Source: Candidatus Latescibacterota bacterium
GTDB taxonomy: Bacteria > Latescibacterota > UBA2968 > UBA8231
Assembly (NCBI GenBank): GCA_965248265.1
Contig: CBDFJF010000002.1
Coordinates: 1,792,001-1,856,000, forward strand
Length of the DNA: 64,000 nucleotides
Reading direction: 5' to 3'
Shown in pieces: positions 21,086 through 31,859 of this stretch. Every line of letters starts with the position of its first letter. The first letter of the stretch is position 1. Below the pieces are notes generated by a model, which searched no databases, was not told the origin of the DNA, and saw only the letters and a program-made list of their open reading frames with translations. The position numbers and the translations under genes were made by a program.

Positions 21086-22000
21086 GTGAAGAGGATTATC
21101 ATCATAGCTGCCGTTGTGGGCCTCGTTCTCGCCACCTTCACGGCGAGTTCGGCCCACCTGCGGACAGACCGGAACTGGGCGGCGGTGGAGGTGCCCATCG
21201 GCGTCAATGGAATCAGGCCTGTCCAGATGGACGGTGATATCAGCGAATGGGACAACATACCGTCTGTCTTCTGGGTAACCCAGGATGACCTCATCGAGGT
21301 CGCCAGGGGCGGACCAGACCCGGATGCGGCCAATCTCGCCGAGCGCATCATCTTCGGCTGGAGTTCAGAGACCAACCTTGTGTACTTCATGGAGGATAGG
21401 TTCGACGACCTCTGGTACGCAACCCAAGATGGCACCCACGAAACTGTCGAAATTGCGTTCGATGCCGACCACAGCGCCGAAGCAGCGTACGTGGACGTGG
21501 GAAGTGAAGGACTGGATCCGGAACGATGGGAGGGGGCCACCGCGCAGAACATTCGCTACCAGCTCTTTAAGGGGGAAGGATCAGAAATTTGGTTATGGGG
21601 CGGCGGACAATGGGCTGCTGTAGAGCCTTATTCCGGCGTCAGATGGAGCGTCGACGGCGAGGCCGGTGGCTCCGCTTCCCTCCAAGTGGAGATGTGGTTC
21701 ACCCCGTTCGACGACCTGCCTGCCAGTTCGACTGGTCCTGACGATCCCGACCTGATAGTGCACACCCTGCAGGAAGGCGATATCGTGGGCATCGGCTTCG
21801 CCGTTCAGGACGATGACAATGGCCCAGGCAGCGCGTACAGCGGCTACTGGACCAACAGCGGTGACATCGAGCTCTACTTCAGAGCCACGTCCTTGGTAGA
21901 CTACACCCTACTCGGCTTGGACCGGAACATCTGGGTGTCGGACGCGACCGCCGTCGAGGCAGATGCCTGGGGCCGCATCAAAGCGAGCTTCTCCAACTAG
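21086..22000 (+). CDS. Secreted CBM9/DOMON-like protein with C-terminal TAVE..WGRIK tail
   Basis: AAGGAG RBS then GTG; signal peptide; MDGDISEW, EIAFDADHS, EMWFTPFD shared with the PKD proteins. Confidence 0.75.
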   Translation: MKRIIIIAAVVGLVLATFTASSAHLRTDRNWAAVEVPIGVNGIRPVQMDGDISEWDNIPSVFWVTQDDLIEVARGGPDPDAANLAERIIFGWSSETNLVYFMEDRFDDLWYATQDGTHETVEIAFDADHSAEAAYVDVGSEGLDPERWEGATAQNIRYQLFKGEGSEIWLWGGGQWAAVEPYSGVRWSVDGEAGGSASLQVEMWFTPFDDLPASSTGPDDPDLIVHTLQEGDIVGIGFAVQDDDNGPGSAYSGYWTNSGDIELYFRATSLVDYTLLGLDRNIWVSDATAVEADAWGRIKASFSN

Positions 22001-22041
22001 GGAGAAAGATCGGCTGTAAGGAGCCAAAACGGCTGTTGTTG

Positions 22042-22087
22042 AAGGGGGGCGAGATCGTCGTTGATCCTCCTCGCCCCCCTTTTCTTT
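22042..22087 (+). terminator. Rho-independent terminator
   Basis: AAGGGGGGCGAG...CTCGCCCCCCTT followed by TTCTTT. Confidence 0.8.
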
Positions 22088-22232
22088 GCCGGCGCCTAAC
22101 GGCGCTTCCGACAATGAGCAGGGCGCAAGCGCCTCGAGATACAGATTCGCCTGGCGGCGAATCTGCCAGAGTCCAGACAGATGGGTAAACGGACTGTAAG
22201 CTGACGAAGACGGACGAGGCCAGAGGCCCGGC

Positions 22233-23761
22233 TCACGCATTGGATGATGAGTTCGGCTTGGGCAACTCGATCCCGCTGATGTCTGGCGCCGCGGGATCGG
22301 GCTCGTACGGCACGAACTGGAACGCGTACAGGTCTGCGTCTCGCATCACAAACCGCAGTCGCACCGGCCTGGCCGACAGCGGTCGGACATCGCCGCCCAC
22401 TTCCCTCCACCGCACGATGCGACGCAGCGAATCGCAGAAGATGGACGGGCAATCGGCCAAAGCGTACCCCTTGATGGGTGTCCCTGCCGCGTCCTGAACC
22501 TCAACCTGGACTCCACCGGCGCCCGACGTCTCCACATTCAGCGCCAGATTGCCGCCTTGGAAGGTGATGGGCTTGGTCACGATCTCCCCGCCCGACAGAG
22601 GCGCGGTTGCCGACACAAAGCCATCCTGACGGAAGGTGTATCGCCGGACGCTGTTGGAGATGCCCTCCCAGTAGCCCTCGCACGCGTACATCGAGATCTC
22701 CCTGGGTGCGTCCTCCGTGGCTGACGGCGTCTCGACCATTCCCCAGAACACGTAGTTGTCCCCGTAGACCCAGCTTTCCCGCAGCCGCGGCCCCGGGCGG
22801 ATGAGCGCTTCGGGCCAGCGCTTGAAGCTGAGTCCGTCGCGGCTGGTCATAAACAGAGCGTCAGTGATGGCCGCGCCGTGCCGCTCATGGGCTTTGGACC
22901 GCGCCAGTCGCTCGTCCAGACCGGGCAGCTCGTAGAGCGGATCGGACCATTCGCGCTTTGTGTAACGCGCCGGGAAGCCCATGAAGATGTGCGGCGCGCG
23001 GTAATACGGGACGATCTGGTTGTTGTACAGTTGCTCTATGGGAGCGTCAGGATACGAGAGCCATCTCGGCTCTGGGAAGTGCAGAGGGTCGGGTGACGTG
23101 GCCGTCATGATGTCGCGAACGCCCTCTCTGACGCCACGGTGATACTCCCGATACTCTCGTCGAACGGGATCCCAGAACATCAGGTTCTGGGAATCGAACG
23201 TTCCCTGTGTGATCGCAGGCTGTTCGCCCATCAGTGAGAAGTGGAAGCCGTCACTGGACTTCATCAGGTACAACCCCTTGGACCCGGCCATCACGATCTT
23301 AAATCTCGCGTCCGGCGGACAGTCCGGATTATCATCCCTAAAGACGACTGTGTGCGCAGGCTCGCCGCTAACTTTGGCGACGGCATCCGGCGCTAGGACG
23401 ATGTTGTTGGCCTTGGACCCCGCGAACTCGAACAGGCCCAGTTCGGGCCGACGCCAGTGGATGCCGTCCTCGCTCTCGATGACGCATAGGCACGCGGGAT
23501 GATCGTCCAAGGCTTGGGCCGGCTCCCCGCCGTTCCGGTAGTGAAGGCCATGGTAATAGATGCGATGGCGTCCGCCGTCGCTGACGATGGATGGGTAGCC
23601 ACAGGCATTCCCTTCCCAACGCGCATTGGTCTCGAACACGATCTCCCGGCGTACCGGATGGTGAAGGGTCAGCCGCGCTCCGCCGGCCAGGGACTGGATG
23701 AGATGCTCTCCACCATGAGTTCCAGTCTCGAGCCGATGTTCACGGTCTCCTGTGCTGACAT
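22233..23761 (-). CDS. Beta-propeller hydrolase-like paralog of 8767-10299 with a 1-nt deletion near 23709
   Basis: True start MSAQETVNIGSRLELMV at 23761 is out of frame with the rest; otherwise closely colinear with 8767. Confidence 0.8.
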
Positions 23762-23837
23762 GAGCAAGATCTCCGATTGGTGAGGGATGGCTTCCCTGTG
23801 TTCCTTCCGTCGCGCCGTCTTCGATCACATGCTCCTG

Positions 23838-26549
23838 CTAATCAAGACCGGCGTATACCGCGGCAAAGGCCACTTTGCCCGTCTCGGTCTCGTCATCTAT
23901 CGATCTTCTGGTCAATCTCATACCCATTTTGGTCACCAGGCGGTAACCCAGGTAGCTGGTGTCGTTCGTGAACTGGAGCGCTGTGACGAGCTCGGTGAAA
24001 TCGTCGAGCAGTCCCGCCTTGATCGCGGTCTCGGATTTGCGCAGCTGGTTGAAGATCGAGTACTCGACGCCGGCCTGGACGGAGGAGGAGGCGAGCACCG
24101 GCCATCGCGCCAGCAGGGAGAGCTGCACCGTGTCTTCCCTGCGCTTGGCATCGAATCTGCCCGGCGGAGACTCGAGCCTGAGCTCGTTCTTTATTCTCGG
24201 CATAAGATCGACATGGGCGATCTTGTGCTCGAGGTCCACCTTGTTGATGAGACCGAAGAAGGTGTAGTTCTCCCGCAGATCGGGCTGTCGTTGGTTTTGG
24301 TGCCAGCGATCATATTTGAGTTTACTCACGAAGTTCACATCCTCGATCGCCGTGTACTTGAAGCTCATGAACGTGGAGTTTATCCACGTGTCCCGAGCCG
24401 CCAGGGGATCGCCGGTTGGAAGGTTCCGCCGCTCGATCTCGCTCCACTGGCGAAGACCGTTCGGTATGGTGTCCTTGGCGATTCTCATGTTCTCGAAGAT
24501 CTTCAGCCTTCCGAGACCCGGGTAGTCCTGTTCCAGGACGAAGAGCATGTAGTGGGTCTTGTTTTCCCCCTCGCCGGCGATCAACTTCTCATCCGTTCGT
24601 CCGACGGTGAGCCTGATGCCGGGAAGCACGTTGACACCGCCGTAGATGTTGTATCCCTCGTGGTCCCTGGGGTAGGGGAAATCCGGTTCATCGTCGTTTT
24701 CGAACCGATCCACCCAGAGGTTGTTGTTCATGTCAATGCCGAACAGGTACTCCGGCCTGTCGGTTCCGTATCTCAAGAACGGCTCGTCGTAGTCCGGGAG
24801 GAGATTGCGAAGGTCCCTGGTGTCGTTCTGGTTGAAATCGGATATGAAGTCGAGGTTTTCGTCGTACCCGGGAAACACCTCGATGTCTATGTTTTGGAAT
24901 ATCCTCTGCCAGTCGGGAAATCTGTCCTGATCGTCGTTGTCGTCGACGAGCTCGTAGAAAAACCTGCCCTTGTCCGCGTAGTCTATGTTGGTCTCTCCCC
25001 TGGCCATTATGGCGCTGGTGTTGTAGTTGTGGGCCATGCTGTAGGCTTCGCCGAAGAAGAAGAACGGATGGGCGATCTTCGACAGATTCAACATCCAGCC
25101 GTCGCCTTCGTCAGAGGTCCCCAGGTGCTTGGTGTGCGCCCTGTTGGGGTACTTCCTGTAACTCACGCTGCGGTCCCATTCTCCGTACAGGTCGAATCCC
25201 CAGAGGCGGGTCGCCTCCAGCGTAAATCCGAATATTTCGGTGGCCGTCGGCAGACCATACGGAATCTTCAGGACTGTCAGGTTGGAGCCATCCTTGACGT
25301 TTTCATCGGCCCTGGCAGCCAGCAAGTAGACGTTGGCCAAATTCCTGTCGAACTGGCGGTTCGAGGTCATCTCGATTCTGTAGTCGTTGGCGACTACCAG
25401 CTCGACTGTCACCATTCTTATCTCTGACGGATCCGGGCCCGTGTACGTCCCCACCGAGAAGTCGTAGACCAGCTCGATCTGCTCGGAGCCGCTCGCCTCC
25501 CAGAACCCCGGCTGCTGAAAGCCGCCCCGGGGCGCGGGAATCAGCCCGACTTCGCTGGCCTGGACGGTCTCCCTCTCGAAACTCACATCCCCCGCTTCAT
25601 CGATCGTTTCGACGTCGGCCTCTATGATCATGTCCCACGAGAACAGATAGGTACCGCCTTCGTTGTCCCCTGGCGAGTCGTCCGAGAGTCGCACGAAGAC
25701 CCGGGTGACGTTCTCCGCGCTCTGACTGGAGACGATCGAACCGCTTCGCGGGCTGTCCTCGAAGGCGTCGAGGAGCTGAGAGGAGTTGTGGGCGTTCACG
25801 TAGTTGGCGCCGAGTTTGAGATAATCTCCAACCTGGGCCGTCGCGCGTCCGCCGGTCAGGGTCGTCGAGCTCGTCTGCTGGTTTACAGTGGGGCTTCGCG
25901 GGCCGGCGCCTCCGGGCGAACTGACTCGGGAAAGGAGCGCCGTGACCTCGTACTTGTCGGACTGATAGTCGATCTGGATGCCGTCGAACGCCGGCTTCGA
26001 GAAGGTCATCGGGGTCAGGGTCGACCGGATGTCCTCGCCCACGGTGACAGCCAGATAGTGCTGTCCCTTCTGGTCGGAGGCCACGACCAGATTGCTGAAC
26101 CAGGTACCGAACTTGTCGGTCTTGAACAGGTTGCTTCCCCCCTGCTGGGGCTGGGTCTGGCTCCAGTCGTAGATCAGCCATCCTCTGGTGATGAGCGAAC
26201 CGTAGATGTCGTAGAAGGAGTCCCCCTCGAGATTGGTCGTTACATAGCGAGTGTAGTGATCTCTCGCGTAGTTGCTGTATTCCCACTGCTTCCACTTATA
26301 TTCGCGAAACAGCTCCTGTGGGACGTACCACTTCTTGACCGCGGGGTCTAGAGCGCCGAACAGGACGCCGGGGCCTGTCGGCTCGAACGTGAGCTCGCCG
26401 CCGCGGCGAACCCCCGTTATCCGATCTCGATCGGGACCCTGGGCTTCCGAACGAGTACTGTACAGCAGGATCGCCGAGACGATCGTGCACCATATGGCCA
26501 GCGAACCGACCAGGCGCATCGCGGCTCTGATTGTATGACCGGTCATCAT
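23838..26549 (-). CDS. Putative outer-membrane beta-barrel protein with an Asp-rich Ca-binding-like insert
   Basis: GGAGGAG RBS, signal peptide, alternating beta-strand pattern, C-terminal AFAAVYAGLD; VDDNDDQDRFPD, DENLDFISD, DMNNNLWVD. Confidence 0.65.
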   Translation of the reverse strand: MMTGHTIRAAMRLVGSLAIWCTIVSAILLYSTRSEAQGPDRDRITGVRRGGELTFEPTGPGVLFGALDPAVKKWYVPQELFREYKWKQWEYSNYARDHYTRYVTTNLEGDSFYDIYGSLITRGWLIYDWSQTQPQQGGSNLFKTDKFGTWFSNLVVASDQKGQHYLAVTVGEDIRSTLTPMTFSKPAFDGIQIDYQSDKYEVTALLSRVSSPGGAGPRSPTVNQQTSSTTLTGGRATAQVGDYLKLGANYVNAHNSSQLLDAFEDSPRSGSIVSSQSAENVTRVFVRLSDDSPGDNEGGTYLFSWDMIIEADVETIDEAGDVSFERETVQASEVGLIPAPRGGFQQPGFWEASGSEQIELVYDFSVGTYTGPDPSEIRMVTVELVVANDYRIEMTSNRQFDRNLANVYLLAARADENVKDGSNLTVLKIPYGLPTATEIFGFTLEATRLWGFDLYGEWDRSVSYRKYPNRAHTKHLGTSDEGDGWMLNLSKIAHPFFFFGEAYSMAHNYNTSAIMARGETNIDYADKGRFFYELVDDNDDQDRFPDWQRIFQNIDIEVFPGYDENLDFISDFNQNDTRDLRNLLPDYDEPFLRYGTDRPEYLFGIDMNNNLWVDRFENDDEPDFPYPRDHEGYNIYGGVNVLPGIRLTVGRTDEKLIAGEGENKTHYMLFVLEQDYPGLGRLKIFENMRIAKDTIPNGLRQWSEIERRNLPTGDPLAARDTWINSTFMSFKYTAIEDVNFVSKLKYDRWHQNQRQPDLRENYTFFGLINKVDLEHKIAHVDLMPRIKNELRLESPPGRFDAKRREDTVQLSLLARWPVLASSSVQAGVEYSIFNQLRKSETAIKAGLLDDFTELVTALQFTNDTSYLGYRLVTKMGMRLTRRSIDDETETGKVAFAAVYAGLD

Positions 26550-26585
26550 GTGACTCCTCCCTGCCTTTCGAGTAATTGCGAACAA

Positions 26586-28316
26586 TCAATAGACCAAAGG
26601 CACGATCGCAGTCTTGCTCTCCTTACGTGTATCTGCAGCGACTTCCACGCGCACGAGGTAGACTCCCGGCGATAGCATTTGTCCGTTGTCGTCCGCGCCG
26701 TCCCAGACTCTCTGATATCTTCCACTGATGTCGAGGTCGGAGTAGATCACCCTTCTGAGGCTGCCGGCGAGGTCGTAGACTTGTACCGACACCGGAGTAC
26801 CGCCTGTCAGGTAAGCGATGTCGTAAGTGACAATGGCTTGGTCGTTAACTCCATCGCCATTGGGCGTAAACGGAGCCGGGGCAACCTCGAGGAGGTGGAT
26901 AAGATTCTCAGCGATCAGGACCGTGACGGAAAGGTCATCTCCGCTGGCGAGGGGATCTGAAGCCGCATCTCCGGCGACGATCAATTGAGGCAGATCCTGC
27001 TCCCTCAAACTGTTGAAGACCTTACCGGCGAATACAGTGTTGTACTGCAGCGCTATGCTCTCGAATACCACTGTGAGGGTCCGGTCTCCTCTGATCGCGG
27101 GAAAACTTACCTGAACACCGCCTTCGATGTCTGTCTTTTCCCACTCGACATCGTCTCCGTCGATCTGTACCGAGCGGATCACATCCACCGGTGCCTGAGT
27201 CTCAATTTCGAGTCGATCGAACCCGCGACTGTTGAAGCTCTTGACGGTGTAGGTCAACTCGGTGTTACGCCCGACCGTGGCGCTCTGCGGCCATATCTCT
27301 CCCAGCAGCGAATCGGCCAGCGCTGGCGAGACCTCCACGGCGATCGAATCGACCGTCGCTGCCGAAAGGATGTCGCTGCCCTGGAACAGAACGCGAAACT
27401 GCCAGTACTGGCGGGGTGCAGGTGATACGATCTGTGTACGCACTCCGGCCGAATAGGGAGGAGACCATCCGCTCCACTCCAGGCTATCGCTCGGGTCCGG
27501 CGTGCGGCCACTTCGGGTGGATACGGTAGCAGATACCTTGGTAGGCTCTCCTATCGTCTCCTTTGCCCACGTTATGCCGCCGAAGACGGCGGGCCGATCC
27601 TCATCGAACACATTCGAAGTGTACGCAGCAGCAGATGCGAAACCTTCGCCGAAGATCTGAAACTCGTCGATCTCCCATGCCCCCCGTACTTCCTGCTGCA
27701 CCTGTATGTAACGCACGAACTGCAGCGGCACGTCTATGTCGACGACCGGGTCGCGATTGCGTTCGACTGTCCTGAAGAGTCTGAAATCGGGATTTCCGGC
27801 CTCGGTCGTCTGCTCCTCGCTGCCGTCGTTCAGCCACACTTTGTAACCCCTCAGGAAGAACTCCTCGAACCCCTGGCGGGGGAAAAATCTGATCCTGTTG
27901 ACTCCAAAACGCCCGCCCAGATCAAACCTGAATCGGACCCCTGTGGCCCTCGGGAGCTTGACTTCGAAGGCCGTGCTCTCGTTGTCCGCCATCTTGTTCA
28001 GCAAGGCAGGCAACTCAATCGGCTTGACTCCGAGAACGATGTGCGCATTCGGCGACGTTATTTCCCCCCCCTGTTTGATCACCTTCAGGGAAATATTGTC
28101 TTCAGGATCGTTCTGTGAAGGTTGAATGGAACCGGGATTGGTTTCGAAATCGATGATCGTTGTCTCGTTCTCGGAATACTCCTGATCCCAGGCGCGGGAA
28201 CCCGGGCCACCTCCGAAGACGATCGTCTCTCCATTGCCTGTCGCCGCAAGTCCGAGGAGAACGATAGACAAAACGGGCAGAGCCACTGCTCTATGAGGTG
28301 ATGTCCCGATTGTCAT
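26586..28316 (-). CDS. Secreted protein with discoidin-like domain and C-terminal FlgD-Ig domain
   Basis: FDLGGRFGVNRIRFFPR; PFTPNGDGVND..VYDLAG..WDGADDNG..PGVY; start MTIGT at 28316. Confidence 0.8.
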   Translation of the reverse strand: MTIGTSPHRAVALPVLSIVLLGLAATGNGETIVFGGGPGSRAWDQEYSENETTIIDFETNPGSIQPSQNDPEDNISLKVIKQGGEITSPNAHIVLGVKPIELPALLNKMADNESTAFEVKLPRATGVRFRFDLGGRFGVNRIRFFPRQGFEEFFLRGYKVWLNDGSEEQTTEAGNPDFRLFRTVERNRDPVVDIDVPLQFVRYIQVQQEVRGAWEIDEFQIFGEGFASAAAYTSNVFDEDRPAVFGGITWAKETIGEPTKVSATVSTRSGRTPDPSDSLEWSGWSPPYSAGVRTQIVSPAPRQYWQFRVLFQGSDILSAATVDSIAVEVSPALADSLLGEIWPQSATVGRNTELTYTVKSFNSRGFDRLEIETQAPVDVIRSVQIDGDDVEWEKTDIEGGVQVSFPAIRGDRTLTVVFESIALQYNTVFAGKVFNSLREQDLPQLIVAGDAASDPLASGDDLSVTVLIAENLIHLLEVAPAPFTPNGDGVNDQAIVTYDIAYLTGGTPVSVQVYDLAGSLRRVIYSDLDISGRYQRVWDGADDNGQMLSPGVYLVRVEVAADTRKESKTAIVPLVY

Positions 28317-28335
28317 TGCTAAGCACTGGCTCCTG

Positions 28336-29023
28336 TCAGTAGGCGACGTGCACCAATCGATGGACCGAGGTGTTCTTCTTGGATGTCGAATCCACATCCA
28401 GGTCGATGCGCATCAGATAGATTCCTGAACAGCACGCCGCCCTCACCAAGCGACTGGAAGGCCACTACAACTATTTCGGGGTGAACGGCAATGTCGGCAG
28501 CCTTGTCCGGCTCGTCGAGCACACGAAGCGCGCATGGTTTAAGTGGCTGAATCGCCGTAGCCAGCGAAGTCGCCTGAACTGGGAGCGATTCGAGGACCTG
28601 CTTCGGGATTACCCGCTCCCGCCACCCCGCCGCGTCGTACAGTTGTGGAGTGGTTAGAACCGCGAGCCATATCAGCAAAGGAGCCGGATGGTGGAAATCT
28701 CCAAGTCCGGATCTGGGGAGGGCCGGAGCTGGGCAACTGGCTCCGGCTATTCAACCCTCGCCCTGCCGAAGTCGCTGTCCGTGATCCCCATCCCGACGTA
28801 TCGGATAACGTCGCCGGTAAAATCGCCCAGTGCGTTGGGCCACTTCGTCGGTAGCTGTTTGGTCAGAACAGCGTTCCCAATGCTCCCTGGAATCGACGAC
28901 CACCTTGCCTGACTGCAGCGAATACCCCTCCTGTCCCCGGCACACGCCCGCCGCAAACAATGTCAACACGGAACAGACCAGGGCAGTTCTGATTGAGTTG
29001 AGAGAAAATGCCGCCGATCTCAT
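28336..29023 (-). pseudogene. Collapsed paralog of 29043-31826 (N-terminal 51 aa, a ~37-aa internal piece, C-terminal 28 aa) interrupted by an intron relic
   Basis: MRSAAFSLNSIRT...SREHWER; LTKQLPTKWPNALGDFTGDVIRYVG; IYLMRIDLDVDSTSKKNTSVHRLVHVAY*. Confidence 0.88.
28424..28755 (+). mobile_element. Group II intron 3' remnant (maturase C-terminus, domains V and VI)
   Basis: RLEGHYNYFGVNGN...WFKWLNRRSQR..LNWERF* (28424-28657); DV GAGCCGGATGGTGGAAATCTCCAAGTCCGGATC; DVI hairpin with bulged A, ending TCAAC. Confidence 0.88.
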
Positions 29024-29042
29024 GGCGTTCTCCTGACTAGCC

Positions 29043-31826
29043 TCAATAAGCGACGTGCACCAATCGATGGACCGAGGTGTTCTTCCTGGATGTCGAATCC
29101 ACATCCAGGTCGATGCGCATCAGATAGATCCCCGGTGGCACGATCGCTCCCGACTGATCAACTCCCGTCCACGCCACCGTATGACGACCCGCCGTTATGG
29201 TCTCCTCAGTTATCCGCGCCACCAGCCGGCCGCTCAGATCGTACACTTCCACCTGAACCGGCGTCGAAGCAAGCACCCGCATCAGCGAAAAACTGACCTC
29301 CAGCTCGTCGTTGATGCCGTCGCCATTGGGCGTGAACGCGCTATCGACCTGCAGATCCCCCAGCAGCTCGCCGCGCTCCAGCGCCAACACCACCGTCGTC
29401 TCGCTGTCCACAACCCCGTTGGCATCGCCGTCATCCGCCCGCTGCCACGAGTTCTCGAACTCCGAGTGCCCCATGGAGCCGATGAAAAACGTGTTGTACA
29501 CGAATATGGTCGCCTCGAACTGAAGCTCCACCAGCGCTGATCCACTCGTCGTCTTGATCGCAGCCGGCAGACGCACCCACAGCGAATCTGTCTCCATCAC
29601 CACCTCGAACCCCTCGCTGTCCGCCGTATACGTTACGGCTTCCTGCCCCGTCACATCTACACTCACCTGTCTCAGCGTCATGTCGACGCCGTCGGGCGCC
29701 TCGATGAGGATCTCGTCGAACCCCCTGCTGCCCGACTCGAAGGTCGAGCGGATGAAATACGACAGCTGCTGCTTCGTGCCGATCTCCTCCAGACGCGAGG
29801 GCAGCACCTCGCCCACGATCGTGCCGGCCACCGGCCTCACGAAGTTCAGCGCCACAGAACGCAGCGTGGCCGCTGCCATGGGATCTTCCGTCAGCAAGGT
29901 CGCCCTGATGGCGACGAACTTCCTGGGACTGGGCGAGGTGATCTTTTCGCCTGAATCGAAGTAGGGTTGACTCCAGCCACTCCAGTCACTGCCGGGGATC
30001 GACTCGGGTATGGCCGGGCCCACCGCAGCTTCCCCCCCGAACCACGTACTGTCCGATTTCCAGGCCGCGCGCGCATCCTCTTCGGTGCCCGGGTATTCAT
30101 CCCCGTTCTTCTTGTAGTAGCGGGTTATGCGCTCGACCGTATCGCCGGTTCGGGTTTGTAAGATGAGATTCGTACCCGGCGGCACGTCGGCCTCCCACTC
30201 GATGGAAGCCAGGTTCTGAGGGGTCTCCGCCAGCTCTATGAACGGGGACTCCCCTCCGAACTCAGACAAGATCTGCGACTCCGCCAGGAACCCTTCCCCG
30301 AAAAACTGGACCTCCGACAGCCCGAATGAGTCGGCGACAAACTCGGCCGACCCATCATTGGGCCACAATCGGTAGGTGAACGCGAAAAACTTTGCCTTGG
30401 TGAGCGGAAACTTGAAGTCGTTGTACCTCTCGCTGCTCGGACCCGAGCTAATGTTGAGACTTTTGACCGACCCCACAGTCTTCCAGGCCAGGCTGCCGCC
30501 GGCATTGGTGGAGCCGTCCGCGAGCTGGATTCTGTATTCGGGAAATGGACTGATCCACGTCGACCTGCCGAATATCTGCAGCACCCTGATATTGTCCAGA
30601 AAGAAAGCGCCGCCAAAATCTATGATCAGCTGGCGCTCGATATCCGCCGGCTCTGACGGCGGAAGAAAACTGGGGTTGAAGCCCCCTACGGCGGGCCAGT
30701 ACAGCACGTCACCGAAGTAGTCTCCGTCCACGACCGCGCCTTCAGCGCCGTTGTTGTCGACGCTCGTCACCCTGCCTCCCCGCGCAATTACTCCCGTACC
30801 GATGTTGTCGCCAATAGCCCAGACCTCGATCTCGGCCAGTCTGGGAACCTCGCGGCGGTAGTAGACTACCGGCCCCTGCCTCGCCGTACCCGCCAGGGCT
30901 TCCCAATCCTCCTTCCCCCCTCGCAGTAGCCTCTCCCTCCCGGAAGCGTCACGCCGGAAGTACTCTATGTCTCCCTGCCGGTCGGACGGCAGACTATCGT
31001 ATTCGGACTGGGAAACCTGCCTCGCCTTGCCGTAATCGCTGTCCGTGATCCCGACTCCGACGTACCGGATGATGTCGCCGGTGAAGTCGCCGGTTGTATT
31101 GGGCCACTTCGTCGCCGGCTGTTTGGTCAGATCGATCTCGATTACCCGCTCGTTCTTGATCGGTTTGTCCGTGGTGAAGCGGGTACGGAACAGACGCGGA
31201 CCGATGGTTTTTTCTCCCTGAGAGGTCGTCACCTTGAACTGCAGAAAAGGGTCTCCCAGCTCCTCCCCGACAAACTTGAGGACGATCTTGGTGGCAGATA
31301 CCGTCCGCCCCAGATCGATCTGCACCCACCAGTCTCCCAACAGATCGGACGTGTCCGGTCCCCAGTAGGTGTCCATCCTGCCATCCATGAGGTCGATGTC
31401 GCTCGGGCGATTGGATCCGGCAGCTAATATTCCGCCGCCGAATTCGGCCGCATTGAGGGCGGCGTTGATGCCGGGAACGACGACTCCCTCGCCATCTATC
31501 TCCAGGCTCGTGTGCTTGCGGATGAAGGCGGGCTTCACGCCCTCATCGCTGACCTGGACCGTGTTGGCAGCGGAGTGCCAGCGTTCCCAATGCTCCCTGG
31601 AATCGACGACCACCTTGCCTGACTCCAGCGAGTACCCCTCCTGTCCCCAGCACTGACCTACCGCCGACAACGTCAACGCGGAACAGATCAGTGCCGCGCG
31701 GCACAAGTCCGTTATCAGTTGAGCGTCGACCCATCCCGGCTCGCGGCGCTCACCTTGTGGCAACGTACTTACGCCGCGAGGCACTCGGGTTCTTATCGAG
31801 TTGAGCAAAAATGCCGATGAGCGCAC
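29043..31826 (-). CDS. Large secreted protein with two discoidin-like domains and C-terminal FlgD-Ig domain
   Basis: WWVQIDLGR, IDFGGAFFLDNIR, WSGWSQPY...SPSPRKF, FTPNGDGIND..VYDLSGR..PPGIY; GTG start after AAGGAG. Confidence 0.82.
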   Translation of the reverse strand: MRSSAFLLNSIRTRVPRGVSTLPQGERREPGWVDAQLITDLCRAALICSALTLSAVGQCWGQEGYSLESGKVVVDSREHWERWHSAANTVQVSDEGVKPAFIRKHTSLEIDGEGVVVPGINAALNAAEFGGGILAAGSNRPSDIDLMDGRMDTYWGPDTSDLLGDWWVQIDLGRTVSATKIVLKFVGEELGDPFLQFKVTTSQGEKTIGPRLFRTRFTTDKPIKNERVIEIDLTKQPATKWPNTTGDFTGDIIRYVGVGITDSDYGKARQVSQSEYDSLPSDRQGDIEYFRRDASGRERLLRGGKEDWEALAGTARQGPVVYYRREVPRLAEIEVWAIGDNIGTGVIARGGRVTSVDNNGAEGAVVDGDYFGDVLYWPAVGGFNPSFLPPSEPADIERQLIIDFGGAFFLDNIRVLQIFGRSTWISPFPEYRIQLADGSTNAGGSLAWKTVGSVKSLNISSGPSSERYNDFKFPLTKAKFFAFTYRLWPNDGSAEFVADSFGLSEVQFFGEGFLAESQILSEFGGESPFIELAETPQNLASIEWEADVPPGTNLILQTRTGDTVERITRYYKKNGDEYPGTEEDARAAWKSDSTWFGGEAAVGPAIPESIPGSDWSGWSQPYFDSGEKITSPSPRKFVAIRATLLTEDPMAAATLRSVALNFVRPVAGTIVGEVLPSRLEEIGTKQQLSYFIRSTFESGSRGFDEILIEAPDGVDMTLRQVSVDVTGQEAVTYTADSEGFEVVMETDSLWVRLPAAIKTTSGSALVELQFEATIFVYNTFFIGSMGHSEFENSWQRADDGDANGVVDSETTVVLALERGELLGDLQVDSAFTPNGDGINDELEVSFSLMRVLASTPVQVEVYDLSGRLVARITEETITAGRHTVAWTGVDQSGAIVPPGIYLMRIDLDVDSTSRKNTSVHRLVHVAY

Positions 31827-31859
31827 TTCTTTCTCCTTGCTTCGTGACAGCACCGCTAT

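Noticed and set aside
23787-25427. Long alternative ORFs (also 35606-37252, 17517-19028, 17549-18769, 1771-2721)
   Set aside because: Antisense or off-frame shadows of well-supported genes in GC-rich DNA
28336-29130. Diversity-generating retroelement: an ~88-bp repeat of a gene's 3' end next to an RT-related fragment
   Set aside because: The three differences (C/T, C/T, A/G on the coding strand) are not adenine-specific, and the fragment is a group II maturase tail followed by domains V and VI
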